A DNA stretch of 32,162 nucleotides, taken from Clostridia bacterium. Lineage in GTDB: Bacteria; Bacillota; Clostridia; Christensenellales; Borkfalkiaceae. The DNA lies in NCBI GenBank assembly GCA_017646555.1, contig JAGCMG010000151.1, positions 1-32,162 of the forward strand, read 5' to 3'. The notes beneath the pieces were generated by a model that was not told where the DNA came from, did no database searches, and worked only from the letters and a program-made list of their open reading frames with translations. The position numbers were made by a program, and so were the translations under genes. How positions within the stretch are numbered: position 1 is the first letter of the stretch; each line of letters starts with the position of its first letter. Shown here piece by piece: positions 18,064-28,115 of this stretch.

Positions 18064-18432
18064 ATGATACAACCACAGACTATATTAAAAGCTGCTGATA
18101 ACTCAGGCGCTAAAGAACTCATGTGCATCAGAGTCCTCGGTGGCTCGTTCAGAAGAACAGGCAACATTGGCGACGTTATCGTATGTAGCGTAAAGAGCGC
18201 AACCCCAGGTGGCGCTGCTAAAAAAGGTAAAGTATACAGAGCGGTAATCGTAAGAAGCAAGAACGGCATCAGACGTCCGGACGGCACTTACATCAGATTT
18301 GATGAAAATGCAGCGGTAATTATCGACGGCAACAAACAACCTATCGGTACCCGTATCTTTGGACCTATCGCAAGAGAACTTCGTGACAAGGATTATATGA
18401 AAATTATTTCCCTTGCACCGGAAGTTTTATAA
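18064..18432 (+). CDS. rplN: 50S ribosomal protein L14
   Basis: [18 protein letters not shown]... Confidence 0.98.
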   Translation: MIQPQTILKAADNSGAKELMCIRVLGGSFRRTGNIGDVIVCSVKSATPGGAAKKGKVYRAVIVRSKNGIRRPDGTYIRFDENAAVIIDGNKQPIGTRIFGPIARELRDKDYMKIISLAPEVL

Positions 18433-18443
18433 GGAGAAGCGTT

Positions 18444-18893
18444 ATGAAGATTAAGAAGAACGATAAAGTTTTAGTAATCACGGGCAAAGACGCAGGTAAG
18501 ACCGCAAAGGTTTTAGTTGCAATGCCTAAAGCAAATAAAGTAGTAGTAGACGGCGTAAACGTACAAAAGAAACACGCTAAGGCAAGAAGCGCTAACCAAG
18601 TAAGCGAAATCAAATCACAATCAGGCGCTATCGACGTATCAAACGTAATGGTAGTATGCCCAACTTGTGACAAAGCAACCAGAGTAGCATACAAGGTTGA
18701 AGGCGACAAGAAAGTTAGAGTTTGCAAGAAGTGTGGCGCTCTCTTAGACGTAGCCGAAGTTAAAGAAGTTAAAAAGGCTGCTAAAAAGGCTACTAAAAAA
18801 GCAGATGCTACCGAAGCAACTGAAAAGAAACCAACTACCAGAAAGAGAACTACCAAAAAGGTAGAAGCGCCAGCAGAAGATGCTAACGCTTAA
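18444..18893 (+). CDS. rplX: 50S ribosomal protein L24, Cys4 zinc-ribbon variant with ~45 aa Lys/Ala/Thr-rich C-terminal tail
   Basis: KOW motif [16 protein letters not shown]; CPTC...CKKC in the C-terminal beta-hairpins. It is 149 aa, versus ~100-105 aa for typical L24. Confidence 0.93.
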   Translation: MKIKKNDKVLVITGKDAGKTAKVLVAMPKANKVVVDGVNVQKKHAKARSANQVSEIKSQSGAIDVSNVMVVCPTCDKATRVAYKVEGDKKVRVCKKCGALLDVAEVKEVKKAAKKATKKADATEATEKKPTTRKRTTKKVEAPAEDANA

Positions 18894-18913
18894 TAACGGG
18901 AGGAGAAATAATT

Positions 18914-19471
18914 ATGGCAGAAAAAACTGTGAATAGAGTAAAAGCCCGTTATCAAAACGAGGTAATGGCTTACTTAAAAGAAAAATTCAATTACAACAAC
19001 GTAAATGAAATTCCTAAACTTGTAAAGATTACCATCAACACTGGTTTAGGCGACGTAAAAGATAATGCAAAGAGCGTTCAACAAGCGGTTGAAGAACTTA
19101 AGACTATTGCAGGTCAAAAGCCTTATCAAACCCAAGCAAGAAAATCTATCGCAAACTTCAAAGTAAGAGAAGGTATGGTAGTAGGCGCTAAAGTTACTTT
19201 AAGAAGTGACAGAATGTACGAATTCTTTGATAAACTCGTATCAATCGCACTTCCAAGAGTTAGAGACTTTAGAGGCGTTCCTACCAAATCATTCGACGGT
19301 AGAGGCAACTATGCGCTCGGTATTAAAGAACAACTTATTTTCCCAGAAATTTCATACGACCAAGTAGAAAAAGTAAGGGGTTACGACGTTTGTTTCACCA
19401 CGACCGCTAAAACGGACGAAGAAGCATACGAACTCTTAAAGGCACTCGGTATGCCTTTTGCAGCGAAGTAA
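18914..19471 (+). CDS. rplE: 50S ribosomal protein L5
   Basis: ...[14 protein letters not shown]...[19 protein letters not shown]... Confidence 0.97.
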   Translation: MAEKTVNRVKARYQNEVMAYLKEKFNYNNVNEIPKLVKITINTGLGDVKDNAKSVQQAVEELKTIAGQKPYQTQARKSIANFKVREGMVVGAKVTLRSDRMYEFFDKLVSIALPRVRDFRGVPTKSFDGRGNYALGIKEQLIFPEISYDQVEKVRGYDVCFTTTAKTDEEAYELLKALGMPFAAK

Positions 19472-19488
19472 GGTAGGAGGATATAACA

Positions 19489-19674
19489 ATGGCTAAAAAA
19501 GCAATGATAAATAAACAACAAAAGCCTGCGAAGTTTTCTACCAGAGCGTACACTAGATGCAGCATTTGTGGTAGACCACACGCTGTATTAAGAAAATACG
19601 GTATTTGCCGTATATGTTTTAGAAACTTGGCGTATAAGGGTGAAATCCCTGGCGTTAAAAAGGCAAGTTGGTAA
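19489..19674 (+). CDS. rpsN: 30S ribosomal protein S14, zinc-binding type Z (61 aa)
   Basis: [21 protein letters not shown] (CxxC...CxxC). Confidence 0.96.
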   Translation: MAKKAMINKQQKPAKFSTRAYTRCSICGRPHAVLRKYGICRICFRNLAYKGEIPGVKKASW

Positions 19675-19691
19675 TAAGGGAGGAATTAAAA

Positions 19692-20081
19692 ATGACAGAC
19701 GTTATAGCAGATATGCTTACCAGAATCCGTAACGGACTTATGGCAAAACACGAAACGGTAGAAATCCCCGCATCCAACACCAAAAAAGCTATCGCAGATA
19801 TTCTTTTAAGAGAAGGCTACGTAGCTGACGTTAAGATTGTGGAAGGCGTTCAAGGCACCATAGTAATCACTCTTAAATACACCGCTAACGGCGCAAAAGT
19901 TATTAGTGGCTTAAAGAGAGTAAGTAAACCGGGTCTTCGCGTATACGTAGGTTGCGACGAAATCCCAAGCGTTTTAGGTGGTTTAGGTATTGCAATCCTT
20001 TCTACCTCAAACGGCATTATGACAGATAAAGAAGCAAGAAAAGCACACCAAGGTGGCGAAGTTCTTGCGTACATTTGGTAA
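19692..20081 (+). CDS. rpsH: 30S ribosomal protein S8
   Basis: True start is [15 protein letters not shown] at 19692, preceded by GGGAGG. The ORF-track start 19668 overlaps the rpsN stop. Confidence 0.95.
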   Translation: MTDVIADMLTRIRNGLMAKHETVEIPASNTKKAIADILLREGYVADVKIVEGVQGTIVITLKYTANGAKVISGLKRVSKPGLRVYVGCDEIPSVLGGLGIAILSTSNGIMTDKEARKAHQGGEVLAYIW

Positions 20082-20096
20082 GGAGGTAATCGGTAT

Positions 20097-20639
20097 ATGT
20101 CAAGAATAGGTAAATTACCGGTTGCAATCCCTGCCGGTGTAACGGTTGAAGCAAAAGACAGCGTAATCACCGTAAAAGGCCCAAAAGGCACTTTAACCCA
20201 AGATTACGATGCAGCAAACATCACCGTTAAAGTTGAAGGCGCAGTAGCAACCGTTACTCGTGCTAACGACGACAAAGAAATTAGAGCAAAGCACGGCTTA
20301 TATAGAGCGTTGCTTCAAAACATGATAATCGGCGTTACTGACGGCTACAAGAAAACCTTAGTAGTAGCAGGCGTTGGTTATAAAGTTGCAAAACAAGGCA
20401 ATAAAGTAGTTCTTAACGTAGGTTATTCACACCCAGTTGAAATTTTTGAAACTGCAGACGTTAAACTCGAATGCCCAACTGCAACCGAAATCGTAGTAAG
20501 CTGTATTAACAAGGCTGTAGTAGGTCAATACGCTGCAACGGTTAGAAGCATTAGAAAACCTGAACCTTACCACGGTTACGGTATTCACTACAGTGATGAA
20601 GTGATTGAACGTAAAGAAGGTAAGACAGCAGGTAAGTAA
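20097..20639 (+). CDS. rplF: 50S ribosomal protein L6
   Basis: MSRIGKLPVAIPAGV... Confidence 0.97.
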   Translation: MSRIGKLPVAIPAGVTVEAKDSVITVKGPKGTLTQDYDAANITVKVEGAVATVTRANDDKEIRAKHGLYRALLQNMIIGVTDGYKKTLVVAGVGYKVAKQGNKVVLNVGYSHPVEIFETADVKLECPTATEIVVSCINKAVVGQYAATVRSIRKPEPYHGYGIHYSDEVIERKEGKTAGK

Positions 20640-20738
20640 TAGTTAGTTACTTTTGGTGGGGCACGGCAACGGTTATCGGCCGTAGTCCTGCTGAGTGCTG
20701 TTAATAAAAGCGAAAAGTATTAAATCAGGAGAAGCGAA

Positions 20739-21107
20739 ATGATTACCAAAATCGACAAAAACGCAGACAGAAAGAAAAGACACGTCAGAGTTAGAGGTAA
20801 GGTAAAGGGTACTGCAAACGCTCCAAGATTATGTGTTTACAGAAGTTTAAATAACATCTACGCACAATTAATCGACGACGTAGCAGGCAACACTTTAGTT
20901 ACTGCATCAACGCTTGACAAGGCAATAAAAGGCACGTTCGACGGCAAAACCAAAACTGAAGTAGCAAAAGCAGTAGGTGAACTTTTAGCGAAAAAAGCGC
21001 TTGAAAAGGGTATCGAATGTGCAGTATTTGACAGAGGCGGTTACCTTTACATCGGTAGAGTAGCAGCTTTGGCAGACGGCGCAAGAGAGGGTGGCTTAAA
21101 ATTCTAA
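20739..21107 (+). CDS. rplR: 50S ribosomal protein L18
   Basis: ...[14 protein letters not shown]...[19 protein letters not shown]... Confidence 0.96.
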   Translation: MITKIDKNADRKKRHVRVRGKVKGTANAPRLCVYRSLNNIYAQLIDDVAGNTLVTASTLDKAIKGTFDGKTKTEVAKAVGELLAKKALEKGIECAVFDRGGYLYIGRVAALADGAREGGLKF

Positions 21108-21137
21108 GCCCGTAAAAAATAAGGAGAAATTATAATT

Positions 21138-21656
21138 ATGGCAAGAGATAATAATAGAGCACCTCGTAGAGTAGAAGACGACGGATTAGTAAAGAAACTT
21201 ATCGCCGTTAACCGTGTAACCAAGGTTGTTAAGGGTGGTAGAAATATGAGATTTGCCGCTTTAGTTGTAGTAGGCGACGGCGCAGGTAAAGTAGGCTATG
21301 CAATGGGCAAAGCAAACGAAGTTCCTGAAGCAATCGAAAAAGCAACTCAAAGAGCAAAGAGAAGTATGGTTAAAATTTCCGTACTTGGCACTACGATTCC
21401 ACACGAAGTAATCGGTAAATTCAATAGGGGTTCAATCCTTATGATGCCAGCTTCTGAAGGTACTGGTGTTATCGCAGGTGGTCCGGTTCGTTCGGTAATG
21501 GCTGCGGTAGGTATTAAGGATATCAGAACCAAATCACACGGTTCAAACAACCCAATCAATATGGTAAAAGCAGCAGTTGAAGGTCTTAAAGAACTTCGTA
21601 CGGCTGAAGAAGTTGCTGCAGTTCGCGGTAAAACCGTGGACGAAATTAAGGCTTAA
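21138..21656 (+). CDS. rpsE: 30S ribosomal protein S5
   Basis: ...[24 protein letters not shown]... Confidence 0.97.
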   Translation: MARDNNRAPRRVEDDGLVKKLIAVNRVTKVVKGGRNMRFAALVVVGDGAGKVGYAMGKANEVPEAIEKATQRAKRSMVKISVLGTTIPHEVIGKFNRGSILMMPASEGTGVIAGGPVRSVMAAVGIKDIRTKSHGSNNPINMVKAAVEGLKELRTAEEVAAVRGKTVDEIKA

Positions 21657-21670
21657 GGAGGTAACTTGAA

Positions 21671-21874
21671 ATGGCTAAGAAGAAAGAAGTAGTAAAAGAA
21701 ATTAAAGTTACTTTAGTAAAGAGTACTATTGCTTGCACACCTAACCAAAAGAAAGTAGTTGCTGCTTTAGGTCTTAAGAAAATCCGTTCGTTCAAGATTC
21801 ACAAAGCGAACGCATGTATTCTCGGTATGATTGCGAAAGTATCGCATCTCGTATCAGTAGAAGACGTTCAGTAA
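21671..21874 (+). CDS. rpmD: 50S ribosomal protein L30
   Basis: ...IKVTLVKSTIACTPNQKKVVAALGLKK... Confidence 0.93.
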   Translation: MAKKKEVVKEIKVTLVKSTIACTPNQKKVVAALGLKKIRSFKIHKANACILGMIAKVSHLVSVEDVQ

Positions 21875-21898
21875 TCTGACGGAAAAAGGAGTAATAAT

Positions 21899-22345
21899 AT
21901 GAGAATAGATACTATACAACCGGCAATCGGTGCAACCACTACCGCAAAAAGACTTGGTAGAGGTATCGGTTCAGGCTTAGGTAAAACGTCTGGTAAAGGT
22001 CACAAAGGTCAATGGGCTAGAAGTGGCGGTGGCGTAAGACCTGGCTTTGAAGGTGGTCAAATGCCTTTAACCCGTAGAGTTCCGAAGCGTGGTTTCAACA
22101 ACAATTTTAAAAAGGTTTATTCTGTCGTTAACCTTTCTGCTTTCAATTCATTTGAAGCAGGTAGCGTAATTGATAAGGCTGCACTTTTAGAAAAAGGTCT
22201 TATCAAAGAAGTTAAAAACGACGTAGGTCTTAAAGTTCTTGGTAACGGCGAATTAACCGTTGCAGTAACTGTAAAGGCTGCAAAATTCTCGGCTACGGCT
22301 AAAGAAGCAATCGAAAAGGTTGGCGGCAAGGCTGAGATTGAATAA
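21899..22345 (+). CDS. rplO: 50S ribosomal protein L15
   Basis: ...[27 protein letters not shown]... Confidence 0.96.
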   Translation: MRIDTIQPAIGATTTAKRLGRGIGSGLGKTSGKGHKGQWARSGGGVRPGFEGGQMPLTRRVPKRGFNNNFKKVYSVVNLSAFNSFEAGSVIDKAALLEKGLIKEVKNDVGLKVLGNGELTVAVTVKAAKFSATAKEAIEKVGGKAEIE

Positions 22346-22362
22346 ACCCATGGAGGGCGAAA

Positions 22363-23643
22363 ATGTTTCAAACTTTAGTAAAAGCATTTAAAATCAAGGA
22401 AATCAGAAGCAAGATTTTAATCACTATTGCTTTACTTTTCGTGTATAGACTTGGCTGTTATATCCCTGTTCCAGGTGTAGGTATAATGAGCGATATGGGT
22501 CAATACAATTACTTACAAATCATGAGTGCCGTAACGGGTGGCGCGTTACAATACGGTAGTTTATTCGCAATGGGTATCGGTCCGTACATCAACGCATCAA
22601 TTATCGTGCAACTCTTATCAGTAGGTATTCCTGCGCTTGCAAATCTTTCAAAACAAGGTGAAGAAGGCAGAAAGAAACTTTCAAACATCACCAGATACGT
22701 AACGCTTATTTTAGCAATCGTACAATCAGTAGGTATTTTAGTAGGTTTCTCTGCTGCTGTTGATACTACTAAGATTTTCAACGTAGGTGCAGAACACAGC
22801 ACGTTCTTACACGTATTAAGTTATATTTTCCTTGTATTCGTATATACCGCAGGCGCGGCTATTACGATGTGGCTCGGCGAAAGAATTACCGACTACGGCG
22901 TAAGCAATGGTATTTCGATGCTCATCTTTGCTGGTATTTTAGCAACGGCAGGCACCGCAATCACCAATATGTTTATGAACTTTAACCTTGTTTCTTTATG
23001 GAAGATTTTAGGTTTTGCAGTAGCAGCAGTGGTAATTTTCGGCGCAATCGTAACTGTAGATAATGCTGAAAGAAAAATTCCCGTTCAATACGCTAAACAA
23101 GTTAAAGGTAGAAAGATGTACGGTGGTTCTTCAACGAACATCCCAATCAAGTTAAACGCATCAGGCGTTATGCCACTTATTTTTGCGTTTGCAATTCTTT
23201 CTTTCCCAGACCTTATCATTAACCTTGTTGGTATAAAAGATAGTTGGTGGACGAGAAATATGGGCGCAGGTTCAGTACCGTACACAATCGTTATGTGCGT
23301 ACTTATCGTATTCTTCGCTTATTTCTATCAATCAATGCAGTTCAATCCAGACGATATCAGTAAGAGTATCCAAGGAAACGGTGGTTTTATCCCAGGTATT
23401 AGACCTGGTAAGCCGACAGCAGACCACTTAAAGAAAATTTCAAATAGAATAACCCTTTTCGGTGCAATCTATCTTGCACTCGTAGCGCTTATTCCATCAC
23501 TCGTATTTGGATTTATTAGTTCAAGTTTAACAGGTGTATTCAGCGCAACTGGGTTACTTATTATCGTATCTGTAGCACTTGAATTTAACCAAGCGCTTGA
23601 ATCACAGATAATGATGAAAAATTACAAAGGATTCTTAAAGTAA
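22363..23643 (+). CDS. secY: preprotein translocase subunit SecY
   Basis: 426 aa multi-pass membrane protein at the canonical position; ...ALGIxPYI-type segment GIGPYINASIIVQLL... Confidence 0.97.
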   Translation: MFQTLVKAFKIKEIRSKILITIALLFVYRLGCYIPVPGVGIMSDMGQYNYLQIMSAVTGGALQYGSLFAMGIGPYINASIIVQLLSVGIPALANLSKQGEEGRKKLSNITRYVTLILAIVQSVGILVGFSAAVDTTKIFNVGAEHSTFLHVLSYIFLVFVYTAGAAITMWLGERITDYGVSNGISMLIFAGILATAGTAITNMFMNFNLVSLWKILGFAVAAVVIFGAIVTVDNAERKIPVQYAKQVKGRKMYGGSSTNIPIKLNASGVMPLIFAFAILSFPDLIINLVGIKDSWWTRNMGAGSVPYTIVMCVLIVFFAYFYQSMQFNPDDISKSIQGNGGFIPGIRPGKPTADHLKKISNRITLFGAIYLALVALIPSLVFGFISSSLTGVFSATGLLIIVSVALEFNQALESQIMMKNYKGFLK

Positions 23644-23644
23644 G

Positions 23645-24268
23645 ATGAATATTGTATTGTTGGGCGCACCGGGCTCCGGTAAAGGAACCCAAGCGACCCG
23701 CATTTCGTCAAGATACGACGTTAAGCATATATCAACGGGTGATATCTTTCGTGAAAACATTAAAAACGGCACACCTCTTGGCGTAACGGCTAAAGGTTAC
23801 ATAGACCAAGGTCACTTATGTCCAGACGAATTGACTGTTGCAATGGTTAAAGAAAGAATTTCCCGTGATGATTGTGCTAAAGGCGTTCTTTTCGACGGTT
23901 TTCCAAGAACAATTTTCCAAGCGCAAGAACTTGATAAGTTCGCCAAAATCGACTGCGTAATCAACTTAAACGTTCCAAGCGAAAAGTTGATAAGACGAAT
24001 CGTAGGTAGACGTTCGTGTTTAGCGTGTGGTGGGACTTTCCACACGGATTTTATCGGGGAAACCAAAACTTGTCCGACTTGTGGTCAAGAACTTTACCAA
24101 AGAAAAGACGATAACGAAGAAACCGTTAAAGAAAGAATAGCGGTGTACGAAGAACAAACCAAACCGTTAGTTAACTACTACGAAGAAAAGGGCGTTCTCG
24201 TAAATATCGACGGCGATAATGACATTGAAAAAATTTTTACGGATATAGTAAAGGGCATTGAAAGATGA
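23645..24268 (+). CDS. adk: adenylate kinase (zinc-lid type)
   Basis: P-loop GAPGSGKGTQ; the lid has CLACG...CPTCG. Confidence 0.97.
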   Translation: MNIVLLGAPGSGKGTQATRISSRYDVKHISTGDIFRENIKNGTPLGVTAKGYIDQGHLCPDELTVAMVKERISRDDCAKGVLFDGFPRTIFQAQELDKFAKIDCVINLNVPSEKLIRRIVGRRSCLACGGTFHTDFIGETKTCPTCGQELYQRKDDNEETVKERIAVYEEQTKPLVNYYEEKGVLVNIDGDNDIEKIFTDIVKGIER

Positions 24269-25011
24269 TTTCCATTAAAACCCGTGAAGAAATAAACGCT
24301 ATGCGTGAATCCTCAAGAGTTGTTAAAGAAACGCTTGAGTATATCGGTTCGATAATTCGCGCAGGTATGAGCACGAAAGAAGTTGACGCAAAAGCGCACG
24401 AATTTATCTTAAAATGCGGTGCAATTCCATCGTGTTTAGGGTATTGCGGTTATCCCGCGGCAACTTGTATTTCGGTAGACGACATGGTAGTGCACGGTAT
24501 TCCGTCAGATGATATAATCATTAAAGAAGGTCAAATCGTAAGTGTAGATTTATGCGCGTACGCGAACGGCTTTCACGGCGACGGGGCAAGAACGTTTGCA
24601 ATCGGTCAAGTTTCACCGGAAAAAGAAAAACTCGTTAAAGTAACAAAAGAGTGCTTTTTTGAAGCCTTAAAAGTGGTAGGTGACGGCGTTTCACTAGGAA
24701 CGATAGGTAACGTAATCCAACGCCACGCTGAAGCCAACGGCTTTTCAGCAGTAAGAAAGTTGGTCGGCCACGGTATAGGTAGAGAAATGCACGAAGACCC
24801 GAACGTTCCTAACTTCGGAGTAAGAGGAACGGGCATAAGGCTTAAAACAGGTATGGTTATTTGTATAGAGCCTATGATAAACGCGGGCACTCACCAAGTA
24901 GATTTTTTATCTGACGGGTGGAGCGTCGTAACGCGTGATGGCAAGCCTTCCGCACACTACGAAAACACGGTGGCAATCACGGAAGACGGGGTAGAAATTT
25001 TAACGCTTTAA
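24265..25011 (+). CDS. map: type I methionine aminopeptidase
   Basis: ATGA overlap with adk; ...VDLCAYANGFHGD...GHGIGREMHE... Confidence 0.96.
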   Translation: MISIKTREEINAMRESSRVVKETLEYIGSIIRAGMSTKEVDAKAHEFILKCGAIPSCLGYCGYPAATCISVDDMVVHGIPSDDIIIKEGQIVSVDLCAYANGFHGDGARTFAIGQVSPEKEKLVKVTKECFFEALKVVGDGVSLGTIGNVIQRHAEANGFSAVRKLVGHGIGREMHEDPNVPNFGVRGTGIRLKTGMVICIEPMINAGTHQVDFLSDGWSVVTRDGKPSAHYENTVAITEDGVEILTL

Positions 25012-25063
25012 CGGAATAAAAATCGTAAAGCAAAGGATGGCTGATTAAATTAGCCGACCTATA

Positions 25064-25084
25064 AAAGCCGAACGGCTTTTGCAA
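25064..25084 (+). terminator. weak terminator-like hairpin between map and infA
   Basis: AAAAGCC-gaac-GGCTTTT followed by GCAAAAA. The stem is short, so it is probably a partial terminator or processing site. Confidence 0.4.
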
Positions 25085-25105
25085 AAATAAAATGGAGGAC
25101 GGTTT

Positions 25106-25327
25106 ATGTCAAAGGACGACGTAATAGAAGCCGAAGGCGTAATCGTAGAAGCGCTTCCCAATGCGGAATTCATGGTAAAACTTACCAACGGTTACGTAAT
25201 AAAAGCTTATATCTCGGGCAAGTTACGCATGAATTACATTAAAATAATCCCGGGCGACAGCGTTAAACTCGAAATGAGTCCGTACGATTTAACCAAGGGC
25301 AGAATAATTTGGCGTAGCAAAAACTAA
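25106..25327 (+). CDS. infA: translation initiation factor IF-1
   Basis: [27 protein letters not shown]... Confidence 0.97.
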   Translation: MSKDDVIEAEGVIVEALPNAEFMVKLTNGYVIKAYISGKLRMNYIKIIPGDSVKLEMSPYDLTKGRIIWRSKN

Positions 25328-25358
25328 CGCATAAACTTAAAAATTAAGGAGAACCAAA

Positions 25359-25475
25359 ATGAAAGTCAGACCATCAGTTAAACCTATGTGTGACAAGTGC
25401 AAAGTTATCAAAAGAAACGGTAAAGTTATGGTAATTTGCAGTAAAAATAAAAACCACAAACAAAGACAAGGTTAA
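25359..25475 (+). CDS. rpmJ: 50S ribosomal protein L36 (38 aa; absent from the ORF track because it is under 60 aa)
   Basis: Hand translation: [46 protein letters not shown] lies 8 nt upstream. C-C-C-H zinc motif. Confidence 0.93.
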   Translation: MKVRPSVKPMCDKCKVIKRNGKVMVICSKNKNHKQRQG

Positions 25476-25603
25476 TTTGCTTTAAGTTTTTATAAACTTA
25501 AAAACACTCTGCTTTTCGCGCGCTAAAACATTCCAAACGGCAATCGATAAGCAGTTACTATACAAAAAAATAAATTCAAAAAATTAAACGGAGGAATTAT
25601 CTA

Positions 25604-25981
25604 ATGGCACGTATAGCCGGTGTAGATTTACCTAACAACAAAAGGGTTGAAATAGGTATTACTTACATTTACGGTATCGGATTAGCAACCGCAAAGAAAA
25701 TTCTTGCGGAAACCGGTGTAGACCCAGACTTAAGAGTTAAGGACTTAACCGAAACCGATATCTCAAAACTCAGAGAATATATCGAACACAACTTGCGCGT
25801 AGAAGGTGACCTTAGAAGTGAAGTAAGTCTTAACATTAAAAGACTTATGGAAATCGGTTGCTACCGCGGGGTTAGACACAGAAAGGGCTTACCAGTAAGA
25901 GGTCAAAGCTCAAAGAGAAATGCGAGAACCAGAAAAGGTCCGCGTCGTACGGTCGCTAAGAAGAAGACCGCAGGCAAGTAA
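25604..25981 (+). CDS. rpsM: 30S ribosomal protein S13
   Basis: [26 protein letters not shown]... Confidence 0.97.
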   Translation: MARIAGVDLPNNKRVEIGITYIYGIGLATAKKILAETGVDPDLRVKDLTETDISKLREYIEHNLRVEGDLRSEVSLNIKRLMEIGCYRGVRHRKGLPVRGQSSKRNARTRKGPRRTVAKKKTAGK

Positions 25982-25997
25982 GAGAAGGAGGTAGAAT

Positions 25998-26390
25998 ATG
26001 GCTGTAAAAAAGAAAATCGTCAAAAAACGTAAAGATACGAGAAAGGTCGATAAAGGTCAAGTACACATTCAGTCGTCCTTCAACAACACATTGGTAACCA
26101 TTACGGATATGCAAGGCAATGCTATTGCTTGGTCAAGTTCGGGTAGTTTGGGCTTCAAAGGTTCAAGAAAGAGCACCCCGTTCGCTGCACAAATGGCTGC
26201 TGAAACTGCTGCTAAAGCCGCTAAAGAATACGGTTTAAGAAGCGTTGAAGTATACGTAAAAGGTCCAGGCGCAGGTAGAGAATCTGCTATCAGAGCGCTT
26301 GCAAACTGCGAACTCGAAGTAACCTTAATTGAGGACGTATCACCGATTCCTCACAACGGTTGTCGTCCGCCGAAAAAGCGTAGAGTATAA
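25998..26390 (+). CDS. rpsK: 30S ribosomal protein S11
   Basis: ...[20 protein letters not shown]... Confidence 0.97.
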   Translation: MAVKKKIVKKRKDTRKVDKGQVHIQSSFNNTLVTITDMQGNAIAWSSSGSLGFKGSRKSTPFAAQMAAETAAKAAKEYGLRSVEVYVKGPGAGRESAIRALANCELEVTLIEDVSPIPHNGCRPPKKRRV

Positions 26391-26401
26391 GGAGTAGAAA
26401 A

Positions 26402-27025
26402 ATGGCTAAATATACTGATTCTAAATGTCGTTTATGTAGAAGAGAAGGCGCTAAACTTTTCTTAAAAGGTGAAAGATGCTTTAAGGCAACTTGCGCTTTT
26501 GAAAAAAGACCTGTAGCACCTGGCCAACACGGCGCAGACAGAAAGAAAATTTCCGAATACGGCTTACAACTTCGTGAAAAACAAAAGTGTAAGAGAATTT
26601 ACGGTGTACTCGAAGGTCAATTCAGAAAGTACTATGAACACGCTGATAAGATGAAGGGTATTACCGGTGACAACATGCTTTCGTTACTTGAAAGAAGACT
26701 TGATAACGTTATTTACAGAATGGGTATCGGCGCTTCAAGAAGCCAAGCAAGACAACTTGTAACCCACGGTCACTTCACCGTTAACGGTAAGAAAGTAAAT
26801 ATCGCTTCTTACATTGTTAAAGCAGGTGATGAAATCGCTGTTAAGGAAAACAAGAAAGATAACAAGTATTTTACTGAAATCAAGCAAATGAAGGTTGCTA
26901 ATATGCCTAAATGGTTAGAATTCAACCCAGAAACGCTTGCAGGTAAAATTATCGCGCTCCCAGAAAGAGCAGATATCGACGCACAAATTAAGGAAAACTT
27001 AATCGTCGAATTATATTCGAAGTAA
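26402..27025 (+). CDS. rpsD: 30S ribosomal protein S4
   Basis: [25 protein letters not shown]...; C-terminal S4 RNA-binding domain. Confidence 0.96.
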   Translation: MAKYTDSKCRLCRREGAKLFLKGERCFKATCAFEKRPVAPGQHGADRKKISEYGLQLREKQKCKRIYGVLEGQFRKYYEHADKMKGITGDNMLSLLERRLDNVIYRMGIGASRSQARQLVTHGHFTVNGKKVNIASYIVKAGDEIAVKENKKDNKYFTEIKQMKVANMPKWLEFNPETLAGKIIALPERADIDAQIKENLIVELYSK

Positions 27026-27157
27026 TCCGTAAAAACGGGTTAAAATCGCATAAAACTTTGATGGAAAGCGTAAAGGGGAGTCGACGGTTACCACTACCCG
27101 TCGCGAGAATTCTTTTCGCTTTCTATATCAATAACTATTAAAGGAGGATTTTTCATT

Positions 27158-28111
27158 ATGATGGAAATAGAAATGCCCAAAATAGCAGTGGAAGAAAATG
27201 CGGAAAAAAGTTATGCAAAAATAACGGTAGAACCGTTGGAAAAAGGCTTTGGTCTTACCATCGGTAACGCTTTAAGAAGAATTTTATTATCGTCACTTCC
27301 AGGCGCGGCAATACAAAATATTAAATTTGAAGGTGGAATCGTTAAACACGAATTCCAAGCAGTACCAGGTATTAAAGAAGACGTAGCAGATATCATTTTG
27401 AACTTAAAAATGGTAATTGTAAAAACCGTTTCTTTAGATATGGACTTTAAGAAAGTTGTAAGACTTTACAAAGAAGGCCCTTGCGTAGTTACTGCAAAAG
27501 ATATCGAAATGGATGCCGAAATCGAAATTATGAACCCAGACCTTTACATTTGTACGGTTGGCGAAGGTCATAAACTCGATATGGAACTCACCATCGGTAG
27601 AGGTAGAGGCTATAAAGAAGCGAAGTTCAATAAAACTGACGACGCTTTAAGTATAGCAATCGACAGTATCTATACCCCAGTTAAGAAAGTTAGTTACGAC
27701 GTACAAAACTCTCGTGTAGGCGAAAGTGTTGACTACGATAAACTCGTATTAGAAGTATGGACTAACGGTGCTTTCGGTGGTAAAGATATCGTAAGTTTAT
27801 CAGCAAAGATTATGGATGAACACGTTAAAATGTTCGTTGACTTATCAGAAGTTGGTAGCAACGGTTTCGGTTTAGTTCCACCGGAAGAAGACAAAAAGAT
27901 GAAAATTCTTGAAATGCAGATTGAAGACCTTGAACTTTCAGTTAGGTCGTATCACTGCTTAAAGAGAGCGAATATTCATACCGTTGACGACTTAATCAAA
28001 AAGAACGAAGACGATATGCTTAAAGTGCGTAACTTAGGTAAAAAATCATTACTCGAAGTTATCGCTAAACTTGAAAGTTTAGGTTTAGGCTTAAAGGAAA
28101 AGGAGGACTAA
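27158..28111 (+). CDS. rpoA: DNA-directed RNA polymerase subunit alpha
   Basis: ...[22 protein letters not shown]...; C-terminal domain [25 protein letters not shown] lies 10 nt upstream. Confidence 0.96.
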   Translation: MMEIEMPKIAVEENAEKSYAKITVEPLEKGFGLTIGNALRRILLSSLPGAAIQNIKFEGGIVKHEFQAVPGIKEDVADIILNLKMVIVKTVSLDMDFKKVVRLYKEGPCVVTAKDIEMDAEIEIMNPDLYICTVGEGHKLDMELTIGRGRGYKEAKFNKTDDALSIAIDSIYTPVKKVSYDVQNSRVGESVDYDKLVLEVWTNGAFGGKDIVSLSAKIMDEHVKMFVDLSEVGSNGFGLVPPEEDKKMKILEMQIEDLELSVRSYHCLKRANIHTVDDLIKKNEDDMLKVRNLGKKSLLEVIAKLESLGLGLKEKED

Positions 28112-28115
28112 TAAT

